Origin: Candidatus Latescibacterota bacterium
GTDB lineage: Bacteria > Latescibacterota > UBA2968 > UBA8231
Assembly (NCBI GenBank): GCA_965242865.1
Contig: CBDETK010000013.1
Span: 1,472,001-1,536,000, forward strand
DNA length: 64,000 nt
Direction: 5' to 3'
Shown here: in pieces, positions 46,061 to 58,471 of the stretch
Layout: each line of letters begins with the position of its first letter
How positions within the stretch are numbered: the stretch's first letter is position 1
The notes under the pieces: model-generated
The model's input: only the letters and a program-made list of their open reading frames with translations
The model's database searches: none
What the model was told of the DNA's origin: nothing
Program-made: the position numbers and the translations under genes

Positions 46061-47911
46061 CTATTTCACCTCAATATCGAGGGCTTGGGAGGTATCGTTG
46101 CCGAAGATGTCAATTGCCTTGATTAGCACCCGGTACTGGCCGGGGTTTTCGTAGGAGTGGGGGTCAGAAATGAGCCGGAGTGTTCGTTCTTTGCGGGTGC
46201 GGTAGGCGACCCATCCCTGCATGAAGGTGTCGTTTTGGAAGTCCCAATCCACCGCCCAATAGTCGATGTAATCCGACCATTCTGTGATTTTGCCGCGCAC
46301 TTCTTCGGGGACGAGTTCGGAGTTGGGGATGACGAAATCTTGAAGCTGCACTTGCGCGGTGCGTTTCTGCGGTTTTTTGACCGTTGCCTTTAGATAGGCC
46401 AGCTCAAAGAAACGGACATCGCCTTTGTCGGCGGCCTGCTCTTCCATGACTTCGCGGGGGATTTGCAAGAGCGAAAGGTTGACGCCTTTATTTTTTGCTT
46501 CTGGCACCACGAGATTCTGGAGGCCCATTTCCCATTCCCAGCCGAGGATGTGCAGGTCTTTCTGTTTGAGCTTGGCGCATTCTTCTACGGCGTCTTCGAC
46601 TTCGTTAAAGGTGACGGGTGCGTCTACCGCGCCGATGTGAATCAGGGCGCGGCCTTTTTTGCCGTGCAGATGCACTAGGCCCGAAAGCGGTTGGGCACCG
46701 TAGAGTTTGAGGATGAAGGCGAGGTATTCGTAGAGTGCTTGTTCGGTCGGCGGCTGGTTTCTTGCGCCGCCAAATGTTACTCCTTGCCAATACTGGCGTT
46801 CGTATTTGCCGAGGTTGAGAATCTCGAATGGTTTGCAGTTTTCAATACCGAGCATGCGCTTGCGGGTGACGTGGATGCCCCAGCGACCGAGATCGCAGCC
46901 GATCCAACGGCGGCCGAGTTTTTCGGCGACAGCGAGAGTGGTGCCGGAGCCGCAGAAGAAGTCGGCGACGAGGCTATCTTCATTAGAGGAGGCTTTGATG
47001 ATGCGTTCGAGTAGTTTTTCAGGTTTTTGAGTTGGGTATTTCAAAATCTCAGGCTGTGCATGTAATAGTGGAATAGTCCACACATTATCAACTGTTCTTT
47101 CTGTACGTTCATCATACAATCCTTTTCCACTCTCATCTTTTAAGTAGACTTTTTTACCATCAATTTTTTTCATTTTTGAAACTTTGATTGGCTTATCTCT
47201 TTTTTCATATTGATGGGTAAAAATATTTTCTTCTGTTTTTCTATAGGAAAAAATCGTATCCGAATAATTTGTAAACTTCCTTTTTCTTTTGTCAGGAATT
47301 TTATTGGTGTAATACCATACTATTTCATTCAGAAAATTATCTATTCCAAAAATATCATCTAATATAAGTCGTAAATAATGACTCTTATGCCAGTCACAAT
47401 GCACATAAATACTTCCGTTTTTAGATAGCATATCCCGCATCAAAACTAACCGTTCATAGATCATAGAAATGAAGGAGTCAGTACCTTTTCCCCACGTATC
47501 TCTATACGCCTTTTCCTCGATTATGGATTGCTCCTTTGAAATTTTTTCATTCGACTCTCCAATCTGCGTCGTGAACGAAAAATCCGCCCCCGTCGCAAAC
47601 GGCGGGTCGATATAGATCAAGTCAACCTTCCCAGCGAACTTCTCCAGCAACGATCCCATCACCAGCAGGTTATCGCCCCAGATGAGCTTGTTCTTCCAGC
47701 CTTCCTCAAAGGTGTCGCCTTCATTGCCTTCGTAGGTGTCGAACAGCGACATTCCCTTCGTCTTTTGTGCTTCGCGTGTAGCGCGGCTTTCGTTGACGGT
47801 CTCAATGACTTGAAACGGCAGATTGACCTGCGGCACCTCCTTGAGCGTCCCGTCCTCGTTGTATTTGCCGGGCCAGACTAGCTCCGTCTTAGTGATGTCG
47901 ATCTTAGCCAT
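46061..47911 (-). CDS. mod: Type III DNA methyltransferase, Mod subunit
   Basis: GDNL, IDPPF, YPTQKPE, DFFCGSGTT, DYWAVDW. Confidence 0.92.
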   Translation of the reverse strand: MAKIDITKTELVWPGKYNEDGTLKEVPQVNLPFQVIETVNESRATREAQKTKGMSLFDTYEGNEGDTFEEGWKNKLIWGDNLLVMGSLLEKFAGKVDLIYIDPPFATGADFSFTTQIGESNEKISKEQSIIEEKAYRDTWGKGTDSFISMIYERLVLMRDMLSKNGSIYVHCDWHKSHYLRLILDDIFGIDNFLNEIVWYYTNKIPDKRKRKFTNYSDTIFSYRKTEENIFTHQYEKRDKPIKVSKMKKIDGKKVYLKDESGKGLYDERTERTVDNVWTIPLLHAQPEILKYPTQKPEKLLERIIKASSNEDSLVADFFCGSGTTLAVAEKLGRRWIGCDLGRWGIHVTRKRMLGIENCKPFEILNLGKYERQYWQGVTFGGARNQPPTEQALYEYLAFILKLYGAQPLSGLVHLHGKKGRALIHIGAVDAPVTFNEVEDAVEECAKLKQKDLHILGWEWEMGLQNLVVPEAKNKGVNLSLLQIPREVMEEQAADKGDVRFFELAYLKATVKKPQKRTAQVQLQDFVIPNSELVPEEVRGKITEWSDYIDYWAVDWDFQNDTFMQGWVAYRTRKERTLRLISDPHSYENPGQYRVLIKAIDIFGNDTSQALDIEVK

Positions 47912-48001
47912 TATTTTTCTCCCTAGATTTGCTCAAAATTCCCGCGAGGATATAGTCGTCCTTCTCCAGCGGCACGTCCACCTCTGTCTCAATGATCCGG
48001 T

Positions 48002-48691
48002 TCATAACAACCCCGCCCTCCTGAAGCTGAAGCTCTCCGACGCCGATACGATCAGGTGATCGACAACCCGGAGGCTAATGGTTTCAGCGGCCAGCACGAT
48101 GGCCCGCGTGACCACCTTGTCTTGCTCGCTCGGCTCGACATTGCCGTTCGGATGGTTGTGTGCGAGTACGAGGGCAGCCGCTTGACGCTTGAGTGCGGCC
48201 TCCACGAAGCGGCGCGGGTACACCGCTGCCCGATCAATTGTGCCTTCCTGAAGCGTTTCGACGCCGTTGTGGAGCAGCCGATATGCAGAGTCGAGATACG
48301 CCACGGCGAATACCTCGTACTTGAGGTTCCCAATCTTCATGCGCCAAAAGTCGTTGAGCCGCTCCGGGTCGCGCAAGACTTTTCCTCCCTCCGATGCTCC
48401 CTGCAAGTAGAGCGTCGCTGATTCGCGGATGACTTTCAGGGAGATCGCGGCGACCTCGCCGATTCCCTTCACTGACCGCAGTTCGGCTAGCGGCGCGTCC
48501 AAAATTTCTCGCAGACTGCCGAAGTGATCGATCAGTGCCTTCGCTTGTTGCTTCACGTCTGAGCGGGGAATGGCCAAGGTCAACATCAACTCAACGACCT
48601 CGTGCTCGGCGAATCCTGCAAAGCCACTCTTGCGGAAGCGTGCGCGGAGACGCTCGCGGTGTCCGTGGTAGTGAGGCTCAGTTTTTGCCAC
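48002..48691 (-). CDS. radC: RadC/JAB-domain protein
   Basis: GHRERLR, HhH motif GIGE, AHNHPNG...PS.QD, DHLIV. Confidence 0.92.
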   Translation of the reverse strand: MAKTEPHYHGHRERLRARFRKSGFAGFAEHEVVELMLTLAIPRSDVKQQAKALIDHFGSLREILDAPLAELRSVKGIGEVAAISLKVIRESATLYLQGASEGGKVLRDPERLNDFWRMKIGNLKYEVFAVAYLDSAYRLLHNGVETLQEGTIDRAAVYPRRFVEAALKRQAAALVLAHNHPNGNVEPSEQDKVVTRAIVLAAETISLRVVDHLIVSASESFSFRRAGLL

Positions 48692-50141
48692 GATCCGGCC
48701 CTTTAGATTTGTGCAAATAGTCGCGTCCCACCGGCGTCAGGCGATAGCACTGCTTGCTGCTGCGCGGCTTGTCCGGGATGGTCATTTCGATTAGGCCGGC
48801 TTGCAACGCAGGGAGTAGGTAGGTCTTGCGGACGTGTTTGGTATCCTTCAGGCCCAAGGCTTTTTGGATCTGGCTTCTGTTCATCGCACCCGAAATGACC
48901 TCTAATAGACGCGCTACCCCGGCATCTTGGGGGGTGACTTGAGGGGTATCTTGGGGGGCGACTTGGGGGGGCACTTGCTCGGCGACTCGATAGCCCTCTG
49001 CATCGGCGTCGGGTCGGACCTCTGGATTGGGACGGAAGGTGACGGTCGCGAAGCGGTCAAACTCGAATTCCGGTTCCGGGCAGCCCTGTTCCCGTGCCTC
49101 GTCCCGAATGCGGCGAATGCCAGTGCCCGCTTTCTCGATAAACTCGATGCGGTGGAGCAGATCCGCGACGAGCGGGTTGCGGCGGACGCTCTTGCGACCG
49201 AGTTCGGCCAGCTTCAGCCCCGATGGCAGGCCGCCGGGACTGATCACCTCAATGCGATTGGCGTACATCTCGACGAAGACGTTGGCGCCCTCGAAAAACC
49301 AATCGCGGTGCATGACCGCGTTGGTAATGGCCTCGCGCAGTGCCTTCATCGGGTATTCCGGGATGTTCTCGCGGCGCAGGCTTTCGATGCGATAGGCCGT
49401 GCGGGTGTTGCGCTCAATGAAGCTCAGGGCGTCTTCAATGTCGGCCACGATGCCGCCGTCAAAGTCGCGGCGGTCGAGGATATGCACTTTGTCCGCGCCC
49501 TTGCCGAGCAGGCAGGTGATGTACGATTCGGAGAAGAAGTGCCGCACGTTCTTGGCGAAAAAGAGGACGCCCGCGTTGCGAAAGAGCAACTTGTCGCCCG
49601 CCCACTCGGCGGCCTCGATGTTGACCAGCACCTCTTCGACCGGCGGCTGTCCACTAATGCCGGACAGCGCGAGCCAAGCATTGTACTTCTCGCGGTCAAA
49701 GTCCTCTGGGTAGCGGAAACGGGGGCAGGGCGAGAGATCGAACCGAATCACGCCCTCGCGGCGAAAGAAATCGCGGATTTCGTCGCGACTGAGCTTTTGG
49801 GTCACCGCGCCCTGACGCCAGAAGAAACCTTCGCTGCATTGCACCGGCTTGGCGTCGCTTTCCCGTACATGCACTGCGAATACGTCATCCACCGGCTTCA
49901 CCAGCACCTTCACCGGAGGGTCGCAGTTGCGGGCGATGTCCTGAATGCGGGCGCGCAGGGCATTGGAGTCCTTGACCCCGACTACGATGCCGTCATCGCG
50001 CACTCCCAGCAGAATCCGGCCCCCGACTGTGTTGGCCATGGCCACGAGCTCGCGCGCAAACGACGACGAGAGGCCCTCCTTGAACTCAAGCGTGGTGCCT
50101 TCGCCTTGCTGAATGAGAATGTTGAGGTCCGCAGGTGTCAT
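48678..50141 (-). CDS. AlbA_2 (Schlafen-like) + HATPase_c_4 + C-terminal wHTH protein
   Basis: GEGTTLEFK, AMANT.GG..L.GV.DDG, REAITNAVMHRD, RNP, GTGI, PDKPRSSKQ.YRLT. Confidence 0.88.
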   Translation of the reverse strand: MTPADLNILIQQGEGTTLEFKEGLSSSFARELVAMANTVGGRILLGVRDDGIVVGVKDSNALRARIQDIARNCDPPVKVLVKPVDDVFAVHVRESDAKPVQCSEGFFWRQGAVTQKLSRDEIRDFFRREGVIRFDLSPCPRFRYPEDFDREKYNAWLALSGISGQPPVEEVLVNIEAAEWAGDKLLFRNAGVLFFAKNVRHFFSESYITCLLGKGADKVHILDRRDFDGGIVADIEDALSFIERNTRTAYRIESLRRENIPEYPMKALREAITNAVMHRDWFFEGANVFVEMYANRIEVISPGGLPSGLKLAELGRKSVRRNPLVADLLHRIEFIEKAGTGIRRIRDEAREQGCPEPEFEFDRFATVTFRPNPEVRPDADAEGYRVAEQVPPQVAPQDTPQVTPQDAGVARLLEVISGAMNRSQIQKALGLKDTKHVRKTYLLPALQAGLIEMTIPDKPRSSKQCYRLTPVGRDYLHKSKGPDRGKN

Positions 50142-50306
50142 GGATTCTGCCAATTACTCTCAGGTGAAGGTGAATAGTATCTGGTTCGATTGAACGAGAA
50201 GATGCAGTTGATGTCAAGAAGCGGAGCGAGCGCGTCCATTTCGCGCCGGTTCCCCCGGTATTGTCTCGTCCCCGTCGTCCTATACTTTAGGGGCAAGCTA
50301 GCGCCG

Positions 50307-51245
50307 ATGAATACACTGCCCGATGTCATTCCCTTGACGCCCTATTACCGCGAGATGGTGTGGGGCGGACGCCGCTTAGCCGCGCTCTACGGCAAGGCCC
50401 TGCCCGAGGACGCGCTCATTGGCGAGTCCTTTGAGCTGTCCGCGTACGAGGGCCGCGAGAGTCGGGCGGCGGATGGTCGCTCGCTGCGTGCGTTGCTAAA
50501 AAAGCACCGCGCCGATTTGGTCGGGGCGGCCGTGTGGGCGCGCTACGGGGGACGCTTCCCCCTGCTGGTCAAGCTCCTCGACGCCCAGCAAGACCTCTCG
50601 ATCCAAGTGCATCCCAGCGACGAATACGCCCGGCGTCATGGGCTGGACGACAGCGGCAAGATGGAGGCTTGGTACGTGCTGCAATCAGACGGCGGCCGCG
50701 TGGCTTGCGGGCTGGCCGAGGGCGTGGGCCGTGCGGAGTTTGTCGCCGCTCGCGCCGCCAACCGCATCGCCGAGGTCGTGCGCTTTTACCCGGTCGCGCC
50801 GGGGGATGTGCTCTTTTTGCCGCCGGGCACGGTACACGCCCTGTGCCGAGGAGTCGTCCTGTACGAGGTTCAGCAAACGAGCGACCTGACCTTCCGCATT
50901 TACGACTACGGCCGGCCGCGTACCCTGCACTGGGAGCAGGCCCTAGCGGTCATTGACTTTGCCCAACGCCTGCCCGGGCCGGTGCCGCATCCCGTGCTGC
51001 AGGGCCAAGTGCTGGTCGAGTCCGAGCACTTTGTGTTGCGCGGCTGCGGCTTAGATGGCGGCCGGGCCGAGCATCGGGCGGGAGAGTCGTTTTTGTCGCT
51101 GACGGTCGTCCGCGGCCGGGCGCGCGTGGGCGAGTGCATCGTGGGCACGGGGGCGACCGCGCTGGTGCCGGCCGGGCGCGGGTGCGAGGTCGCGCCGCTG
51201 GGGCGCGAGCGGTTGGAGTACCTAATCGCTTCCGTACCCACTTAA
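50307..51245 (+). CDS. manA: Mannose-6-phosphate isomerase, type I
   Basis: VWGGRRL, FPLLVKLLDA..LSIQVHP, K.EAW, GTVHA, EVQQTSD.TFRIYDYGR. Confidence 0.9.
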   Translation: MNTLPDVIPLTPYYREMVWGGRRLAALYGKALPEDALIGESFELSAYEGRESRAADGRSLRALLKKHRADLVGAAVWARYGGRFPLLVKLLDAQQDLSIQVHPSDEYARRHGLDDSGKMEAWYVLQSDGGRVACGLAEGVGRAEFVAARAANRIAEVVRFYPVAPGDVLFLPPGTVHALCRGVVLYEVQQTSDLTFRIYDYGRPRTLHWEQALAVIDFAQRLPGPVPHPVLQGQVLVESEHFVLRGCGLDGGRAEHRAGESFLSLTVVRGRARVGECIVGTGATALVPAGRGCEVAPLGRERLEYLIASVPT

Positions 51246-51310
51246 AGCCTTGCTGGAACGCCAGCCCGGATTATCGTAAAATCAACCCAACCCCAACAAA
51301 GGAGTGTATT

Positions 51311-52096
51311 GTGAATCTATTTTCGCTAGCGGGAAAAGTGGCCCTCGTCACCGGCGCCAGTCGCGGCATTGGTCGCGGCGTGGCGGCCGGCATGGCCGCG
51401 GCCGGTGCCACGGTCGTCTGCGCCGCTCGCACCCGCAGCCAGCTCGACGAAGCCGTCGCGGCCATTGAGGACGCCGGCGGTAAGGCCCGCGCGGTTGAGT
51501 TGGACATGGCCGATCTCGCGGGCATGGACGCAGCCTTGGCGCAATGCGGCCCCATCGACATCCTGTTCAACAACGCCGGCATGAACATCCGCCAGCCCAT
51601 CGTCGAGGTGTCGGAGGAAAACTACGACCAGATCATGGCCGTCAATCTCAAAGGCTTGTACTTCCTCAGCCAGAAGGTCGGCCGCCAGATGATCGAGCGC
51701 GGCCAAGGCGGCAAGATCATCAACATCGGCTCGCTGACCACGGGCTACGCTCTGGCCAAAGTGTCGGTGTACACCGCGACCAAGGGGGCTGTCGGCCAGC
51801 TCACCAAGGGGCAGGCCATTGAGTTCGGGCCGCACAACATCCAAGTCAACGCCATCTGCCCGGGCTTTGTGCTCACCTCGCTCACCGAGAAGCTGTGGGC
51901 CGACGACACCATGCGCGCTTGGGGCGAGGGACGGGTCGCGCTCAACCGCTTGGGAACGCCCGAAGACTTAGTCGGCACGGCCGTCTTCCTCGCCGCGCCC
52001 GCTTCGGATTACGTCACCGGGCAGTGCATTTACGTCGATGGCGGCTTCATGGCCGGCGACGAGTGGCCCTTACCGCCAGTGGCTGGTGGCAAGTAG
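51311..52096 (+). CDS. SDR family oxidoreductase (KduD/gluconate 5-dehydrogenase-like)
   Basis: GTG 51311 after AGGAG; TGASRGIG, NNAG, YTATK, VDGG. Confidence 0.9.
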   Translation: MNLFSLAGKVALVTGASRGIGRGVAAGMAAAGATVVCAARTRSQLDEAVAAIEDAGGKARAVELDMADLAGMDAALAQCGPIDILFNNAGMNIRQPIVEVSEENYDQIMAVNLKGLYFLSQKVGRQMIERGQGGKIINIGSLTTGYALAKVSVYTATKGAVGQLTKGQAIEFGPHNIQVNAICPGFVLTSLTEKLWADDTMRAWGEGRVALNRLGTPEDLVGTAVFLAAPASDYVTGQCIYVDGGFMAGDEWPLPPVAGGK

Positions 52097-52118
52097 TTGA
52101 CGCGCCCGCGCAGGGGCG

Positions 52119-52340
52119 GTAGGCCGCGGCCCCCGTGCCGTGTCGATTCCCGCGCAGGAACGTTGCGATAGCGTAGGCCGCGGCCCCCGTGCCGTGTTGA
52201 TCCCCGCGCAAGGGGGCGTTGCAATAGCGTAGGACACGGCCCCCGTGCCGTGTCGTTGATCCCCGCGCAGGAACGTTGCAATAGCGTAGGACACGGCCCC
52301 CGTGCCGTGTAATTGATCCCCGCGCAAAGGGACGTTATAC
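52119..52340 (+). repeat. Tandem array of four 54-57-bp GTAG-type REP units
   Basis: gtagg[cc/ac][g/a]cggcccccgtgccgtgt...cccgcgca...cgttgc.atagc at 52119, 52173, 52229, 52286. Confidence 0.85.
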
Positions 52341-52377
52341 ACCACAAGGCGGCATAACCGCAGAAGGAGAAGAAACG

Positions 52378-53307
52378 ATGAACGAGGAACAGCGTGCGTT
52401 GACGGCACTGAAATCCGTCTCAGCGTTTTGCGCGGTCTTGCTGGCGGCTGGCGGCTGCGATGATTCCGCTTCGTCGCCCGTTGGCATCAGCAATGAGGCC
52501 GGGTATGAGATCCTCCGCCTGACCGACGCCAGTGACGACGACTGGGGGCCTGCGTGGTCGCCCGATGGGCGCTCCATCGCCTTCACCTCCAATCGCGATG
52601 GCAACACAGAGATTTACGTGATGGATGCATCCGGGGACAACGCCCGAAACCTAACCAATTACAATGGCAAGGACGGGCAGCCTTCGTGGTCGCCCGATAG
52701 TCGCTCCATCGCCTTCTACTCCGACCGCGATGAGGGCGACTATGAGGTTTACGTGATGGATGTCAATGGCGATAATGTGCGCCGCCTGACCGACAGCCAT
52801 GGCAGCGACTGGTTTCCCGCGTGGTCGCCGGATGGTCTTTCGATCGCCTTCACTTCCCTCCGCGTCATTGGTGCTAGGAAAATTTACGCGATGGATTTGT
52901 CGGGGGGCAATCTGCAAAAAGTGAGCGGCGACTATGGCAATGACTTGGAGCCTTCGTGGTCGCCGGATGGGCGTTTCATCGCCTTCAACTCTAGGGGCAC
53001 GGGCAACCATGAGATTCACGTGATGGATGCCAATGGAGACAACCGGCGCAACCTGACCAACGACAGTGGCACTGACGGGTCTCCTGCATGGTCGCCCGAC
53101 GGTCGTTTCATCGCCTTCAACTCCAATCGCGAGGGCGACGATGAGATTTACGTGATGGACGCCAATGGCGATAACGTGCGCCGCCTGACTTATCACAGCG
53201 GTGCTGACGGGCATCCTTCGTGGTCGCCCGACGGACGATCCATCGCTTTTAGCTCCGACCGCGAGGGCGACGATGAGATTTACGTGATAGAAGGATTTGG
53301 CGAATAG
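52378..53307 (+). CDS. TolB-like PD40-repeat lipoprotein
   Basis: Lipobox-like AAGGC; six P.WSPDGR.IAF.S.R repeats. Confidence 0.9.
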   Translation: MNEEQRALTALKSVSAFCAVLLAAGGCDDSASSPVGISNEAGYEILRLTDASDDDWGPAWSPDGRSIAFTSNRDGNTEIYVMDASGDNARNLTNYNGKDGQPSWSPDSRSIAFYSDRDEGDYEVYVMDVNGDNVRRLTDSHGSDWFPAWSPDGLSIAFTSLRVIGARKIYAMDLSGGNLQKVSGDYGNDLEPSWSPDGRFIAFNSRGTGNHEIHVMDANGDNRRNLTNDSGTDGSPAWSPDGRFIAFNSNREGDDEIYVMDANGDNVRRLTYHSGADGHPSWSPDGRSIAFSSDREGDDEIYVIEGFGE

Positions 53308-53371
53308 GCGGCGGCCTTATTAGTTTGCGCTATGTACGGCCATTTCCACCCCTAATGAGGAGTTAGCTCGC

Positions 53372-55327
<1,956 letters not shown>

Positions 55328-55350
55328 GCGAGGACCAAAGGCCGCCCCCG

Positions 55351-55405
55351 CCTTGCAAGGATCGAGGGCCTCTTGCCCTCGTCGAGGACGCAGCGGCAAC
55401 ACCAG
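55351..55405 (+). repeat. REP-like repeat, copy of 17171-17225
   Basis: Shared palindrome and gcagcggcaacaccag tail. Confidence 0.7.
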
Positions 55406-55432
55406 AAAATGCGACTCAGTACTTAGGGCTGG

Positions 55433-57451
55433 ATGACAAAGGACCGCTGCTACCTCGGACCGCCTCAAGACAGCGAGTGGCTGGAGACCAATGGCTTGGG
55501 CGGCTGGGCCTCTTCCACGGTCCGCGGCGCACACACCCGACGCTACCACGGCCTCTTAATCGTGGCGACCAGTCCGCCGGTCGGGCGGGTGGTGCTGCTC
55601 TCGCGGCTCGACGAGACCTTGGTCCTGCCTGCGGCCCACGTCGAGCTAGGTTGCAGCATTTTCCCCGGGGTCATTCATCCCCGAGGCGACCAATGGCTGA
55701 CGGCCTTTGCGACCGACCCGGTGCCGACGTGGACGTACGCGGGGGCCGGGTGGGTGTTGCACAAGCGGCTGGCGTTGCTCGCTGGCGAGCACACTTTGGT
55801 CGTTGCGTACGAGCTCGTGAGCGCACCTAAGCCGCTTTGTTTGGAATTGCGCCCCTTTTTCGCTGGCCGGGACTATCACCACTTGATGCAGGCCAACGAG
55901 CACGTTGCCCCAGCGGGCGATTGGGCGGAGGACGCGCTGGTCTATCGCCCCTATCCCGAGCAGCCCACCGCCCACCTGCTCGCCCCGGGCGCGTGTTGGG
56001 AGGCCGCTCCAGACTGGTACTACCACTTCCAATATCCGCGCGAGCAAGAGCGCGGCCTCGACCACAGCGAGGACCTGTTCACGCCCGGTCGCCTGCGCCT
56101 GCGGCTCGCCCCAGGGGCCGCCGTTGGCGTGCTGGCGACCACCGATCCTGCCGCTGGCCGCGACCCCCTCGCGCTGCTCGCCAGCGAGATCGGCCGCCGT
56201 CAGCGGGTGGCGGTGCGCGCGCCTTGGGGTGCCGATCCATTGCTGGGGTCGCTGGCGCGGGCGGCCCATTCGTTTGTGGTGCGGCGCGGCGATGGCCTGC
56301 ACACCATTGTCGCGGGTTATCACTGGTTCACGGATTGGGGCCGCGACACCATGATTGCCCTGCCCGGCCTCTGCTTGGTCACCGGCCGCTTTGCCGAGGC
56401 ACGGGGCATTTTCGCGGCGTTTGCCGCACACGTCAGCGAGGGCATGATCCCCAACCGCTTTCCCGACGCGGGCGCGCTGCCAGAATACCACGCTGTTGAC
56501 GCGACGTTGTGGTTTTTTGTCGCGCTCTACAAGTATTTGCAATACACCCAAGACTACGAGTTTGCCCACGCGCTATGGCCAACGCTCGAGGACATCGCCG
56601 CTTGGCATGTGCGCGGTACGCGCCATCGGATTCGGGTGGATGCCGATGGCCTGCTCGCGGCCGGCGAACCGGGGGTGCAACTGACGTGGATGGACGCCAA
56701 GGTCGGCGATTGGGTGGTCACGCCGCGCATGGGCAAGCCCGTGGAGGTCAATGCCCTCTGGTACAATGCGCTCAGCATTTTGCAGCATTTGGCCGAGACG
56801 TTTGGTCAACGCGCCGATTACGGCCAACGCGCGGCCGAGGTGCGTGCGGCCTTTGAACGTCTCTTCTGGAGCGAAGACCGCGGGTATCTCTGCGACGTGG
56901 TCGCGCCCGAGGGGCCGGACTGGGCGATTCGCCCCAACCAAGTGTTCGCGCTCTCGCTGCCCTTTCCGCTGGTCGAGGGCGAGCGGGCGCGGCGGGTCTT
57001 ATCCGCGATCGACCAACACTTGCTGACCCCGCGCGGCCTGCGCAGCCTCTCGCCGAGCGACCCGGCGTACTGCGCCCGGTATGCGGGCGGCCCTTGGGAG
57101 CGCGACCGTGCGTATCATCAGGGCACGGTGTGGGCCTGGCTCATCGGTCCGTACATCACCGCCCTCTGTCGTTGTCATGGCCGTGCGGGCCGCCAGCGCG
57201 GTCGCGCCCTCCTCGACGGCTTTGCGGTGCACCTGCACGAGGCGGGTTTGGGCACGGTTTCGGAGATATTCGACGCCGAGCCGCCGTTTGCGCCGCACGG
57301 CTGCATCGCTCAGGCGTGGAGCGTGGCCGAGCTATTGCGGGCTGGGGTGGAGGATGTGGGCGGAAAGCCGCGAAATCGGTTGATCTGGACGACGCATTTG
57401 CATCGGCCTATACCTGACGAAGGGCCTGACTGGCCGCATTCAGACCGTTGA
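55433..57451 (+). CDS. Amylo-alpha-1,6-glucosidase / glycogen debranching enzyme family
   Basis: EWLETNGLGG, AGYHWFTDWGRDT, TWMDA, RPNQ, YHQGTVW, QAWSVAE. Confidence 0.92.
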   Translation: MTKDRCYLGPPQDSEWLETNGLGGWASSTVRGAHTRRYHGLLIVATSPPVGRVVLLSRLDETLVLPAAHVELGCSIFPGVIHPRGDQWLTAFATDPVPTWTYAGAGWVLHKRLALLAGEHTLVVAYELVSAPKPLCLELRPFFAGRDYHHLMQANEHVAPAGDWAEDALVYRPYPEQPTAHLLAPGACWEAAPDWYYHFQYPREQERGLDHSEDLFTPGRLRLRLAPGAAVGVLATTDPAAGRDPLALLASEIGRRQRVAVRAPWGADPLLGSLARAAHSFVVRRGDGLHTIVAGYHWFTDWGRDTMIALPGLCLVTGRFAEARGIFAAFAAHVSEGMIPNRFPDAGALPEYHAVDATLWFFVALYKYLQYTQDYEFAHALWPTLEDIAAWHVRGTRHRIRVDADGLLAAGEPGVQLTWMDAKVGDWVVTPRMGKPVEVNALWYNALSILQHLAETFGQRADYGQRAAEVRAAFERLFWSEDRGYLCDVVAPEGPDWAIRPNQVFALSLPFPLVEGERARRVLSAIDQHLLTPRGLRSLSPSDPAYCARYAGGPWERDRAYHQGTVWAWLIGPYITALCRCHGRAGRQRGRALLDGFAVHLHEAGLGTVSEIFDAEPPFAPHGCIAQAWSVAELLRAGVEDVGGKPRNRLIWTTHLHRPIPDEGPDWPHSDR

Positions 57452-57615
57452 TGATCCAGCGTTGACCCCGGGGTGGTCAACTGCTAGGTGGGCGGCCGCA
57501 ACGATTCGATTAGATGCCATTGCGTACCGGTCCTATCGGTAGTATATTGTTCGCTAGGCGTACTCATCAATAAGCTATGGCATGAAGGTTTTCAGATAGA
57601 TTCAGGGGAATCGCT

Positions 57616-58422
57616 ATGGCACTTATTCCACCCAAATATCTAAACGCAGTTGTTGCTTTAGGTATCCCAAAAGAAGGAAATGAGGTTCAGTATATAGCAA
57701 CAGGTTTTCTGTATGGTCATCCGTTAAGAAAAAGGGCACACGATAGAGAGCAGAATTTCAGAGTCTTCTTAGTAACAAACCGCCACGTAATTGAAGGTTC
57801 TGATGTCATAGTGGCTCGCTTTAATCGCCCCCTAAATAGTCCTTCACAGATATTCTCTATAGAATCAAAGGCAGAGGATGGCTCACCACGGTGGACTACA
57901 CATCCCGGAGATGCTGATGTAGCAGTTATACCGATCCCTATAGAAATATTAGAGCAATATAGGATTGAGGTTGAAGTTTTCCGAGGAAATGAAGAGGCAA
58001 TTTCACGGGAAGAAGCACGCCAGCGAATCAGTGAAGGCGATGGGGTTTTTGTCCTCGGCTTTCCAATGGGTTTGGCTGGAGAGGAACGAAATTACACAAT
58101 CGTTCGTCACGGTACTATAGCACGTATTCAAGATTGGTTTCAGGGAAACCCAGATATACTGATTGATTCTTTTATATTTCCGGGCAACAGTGGAGGACCA
58201 GTAGTAACCAAACCAGAGCAAATCCGTATCACTAATACACAGTCTATTATGAGAGCGCTACTGATCGGAATGGTTTCTTCTTATATCCCTTATGAAGAGG
58301 TTGCTATAAGCGAGCAAACGGGTCAAAGGAGAATGGTTTTCCAAGAGAATTCGGGCTTGGCAGTGGTAGTTCCTATTGATGTAATTCAAGAAACTGTCGA
58401 TCATGCGCTAGCCAAATTCTGA
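57616..58422 (+). CDS. Cytoplasmic trypsin-like serine protease
   Basis: Catalytic triad TNRHV / DVAV / GNSGGP; no signal peptide; low GC. Confidence 0.88.
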   Translation: MALIPPKYLNAVVALGIPKEGNEVQYIATGFLYGHPLRKRAHDREQNFRVFLVTNRHVIEGSDVIVARFNRPLNSPSQIFSIESKAEDGSPRWTTHPGDADVAVIPIPIEILEQYRIEVEVFRGNEEAISREEARQRISEGDGVFVLGFPMGLAGEERNYTIVRHGTIARIQDWFQGNPDILIDSFIFPGNSGGPVVTKPEQIRITNTQSIMRALLIGMVSSYIPYEEVAISEQTGQRRMVFQENSGLAVVVPIDVIQETVDHALAKF

Positions 58423-58471
58423 AAAATAATCAATCGGATACTACAACCTCAGTATATAGGAGGACTAGACA

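Noticed and set aside
48926-48980. 12-bp repeats (QVPP/QVAP/QDTP/QVTP)
   Set aside because: Common low-complexity linker in AlbA/HATPase-wHTH proteins.
52119-52340. Possible CRISPR array
   Set aside because: Intervening segments are near-identical rather than unique spacers, the period is 54-57 bp, and no cas genes are present.
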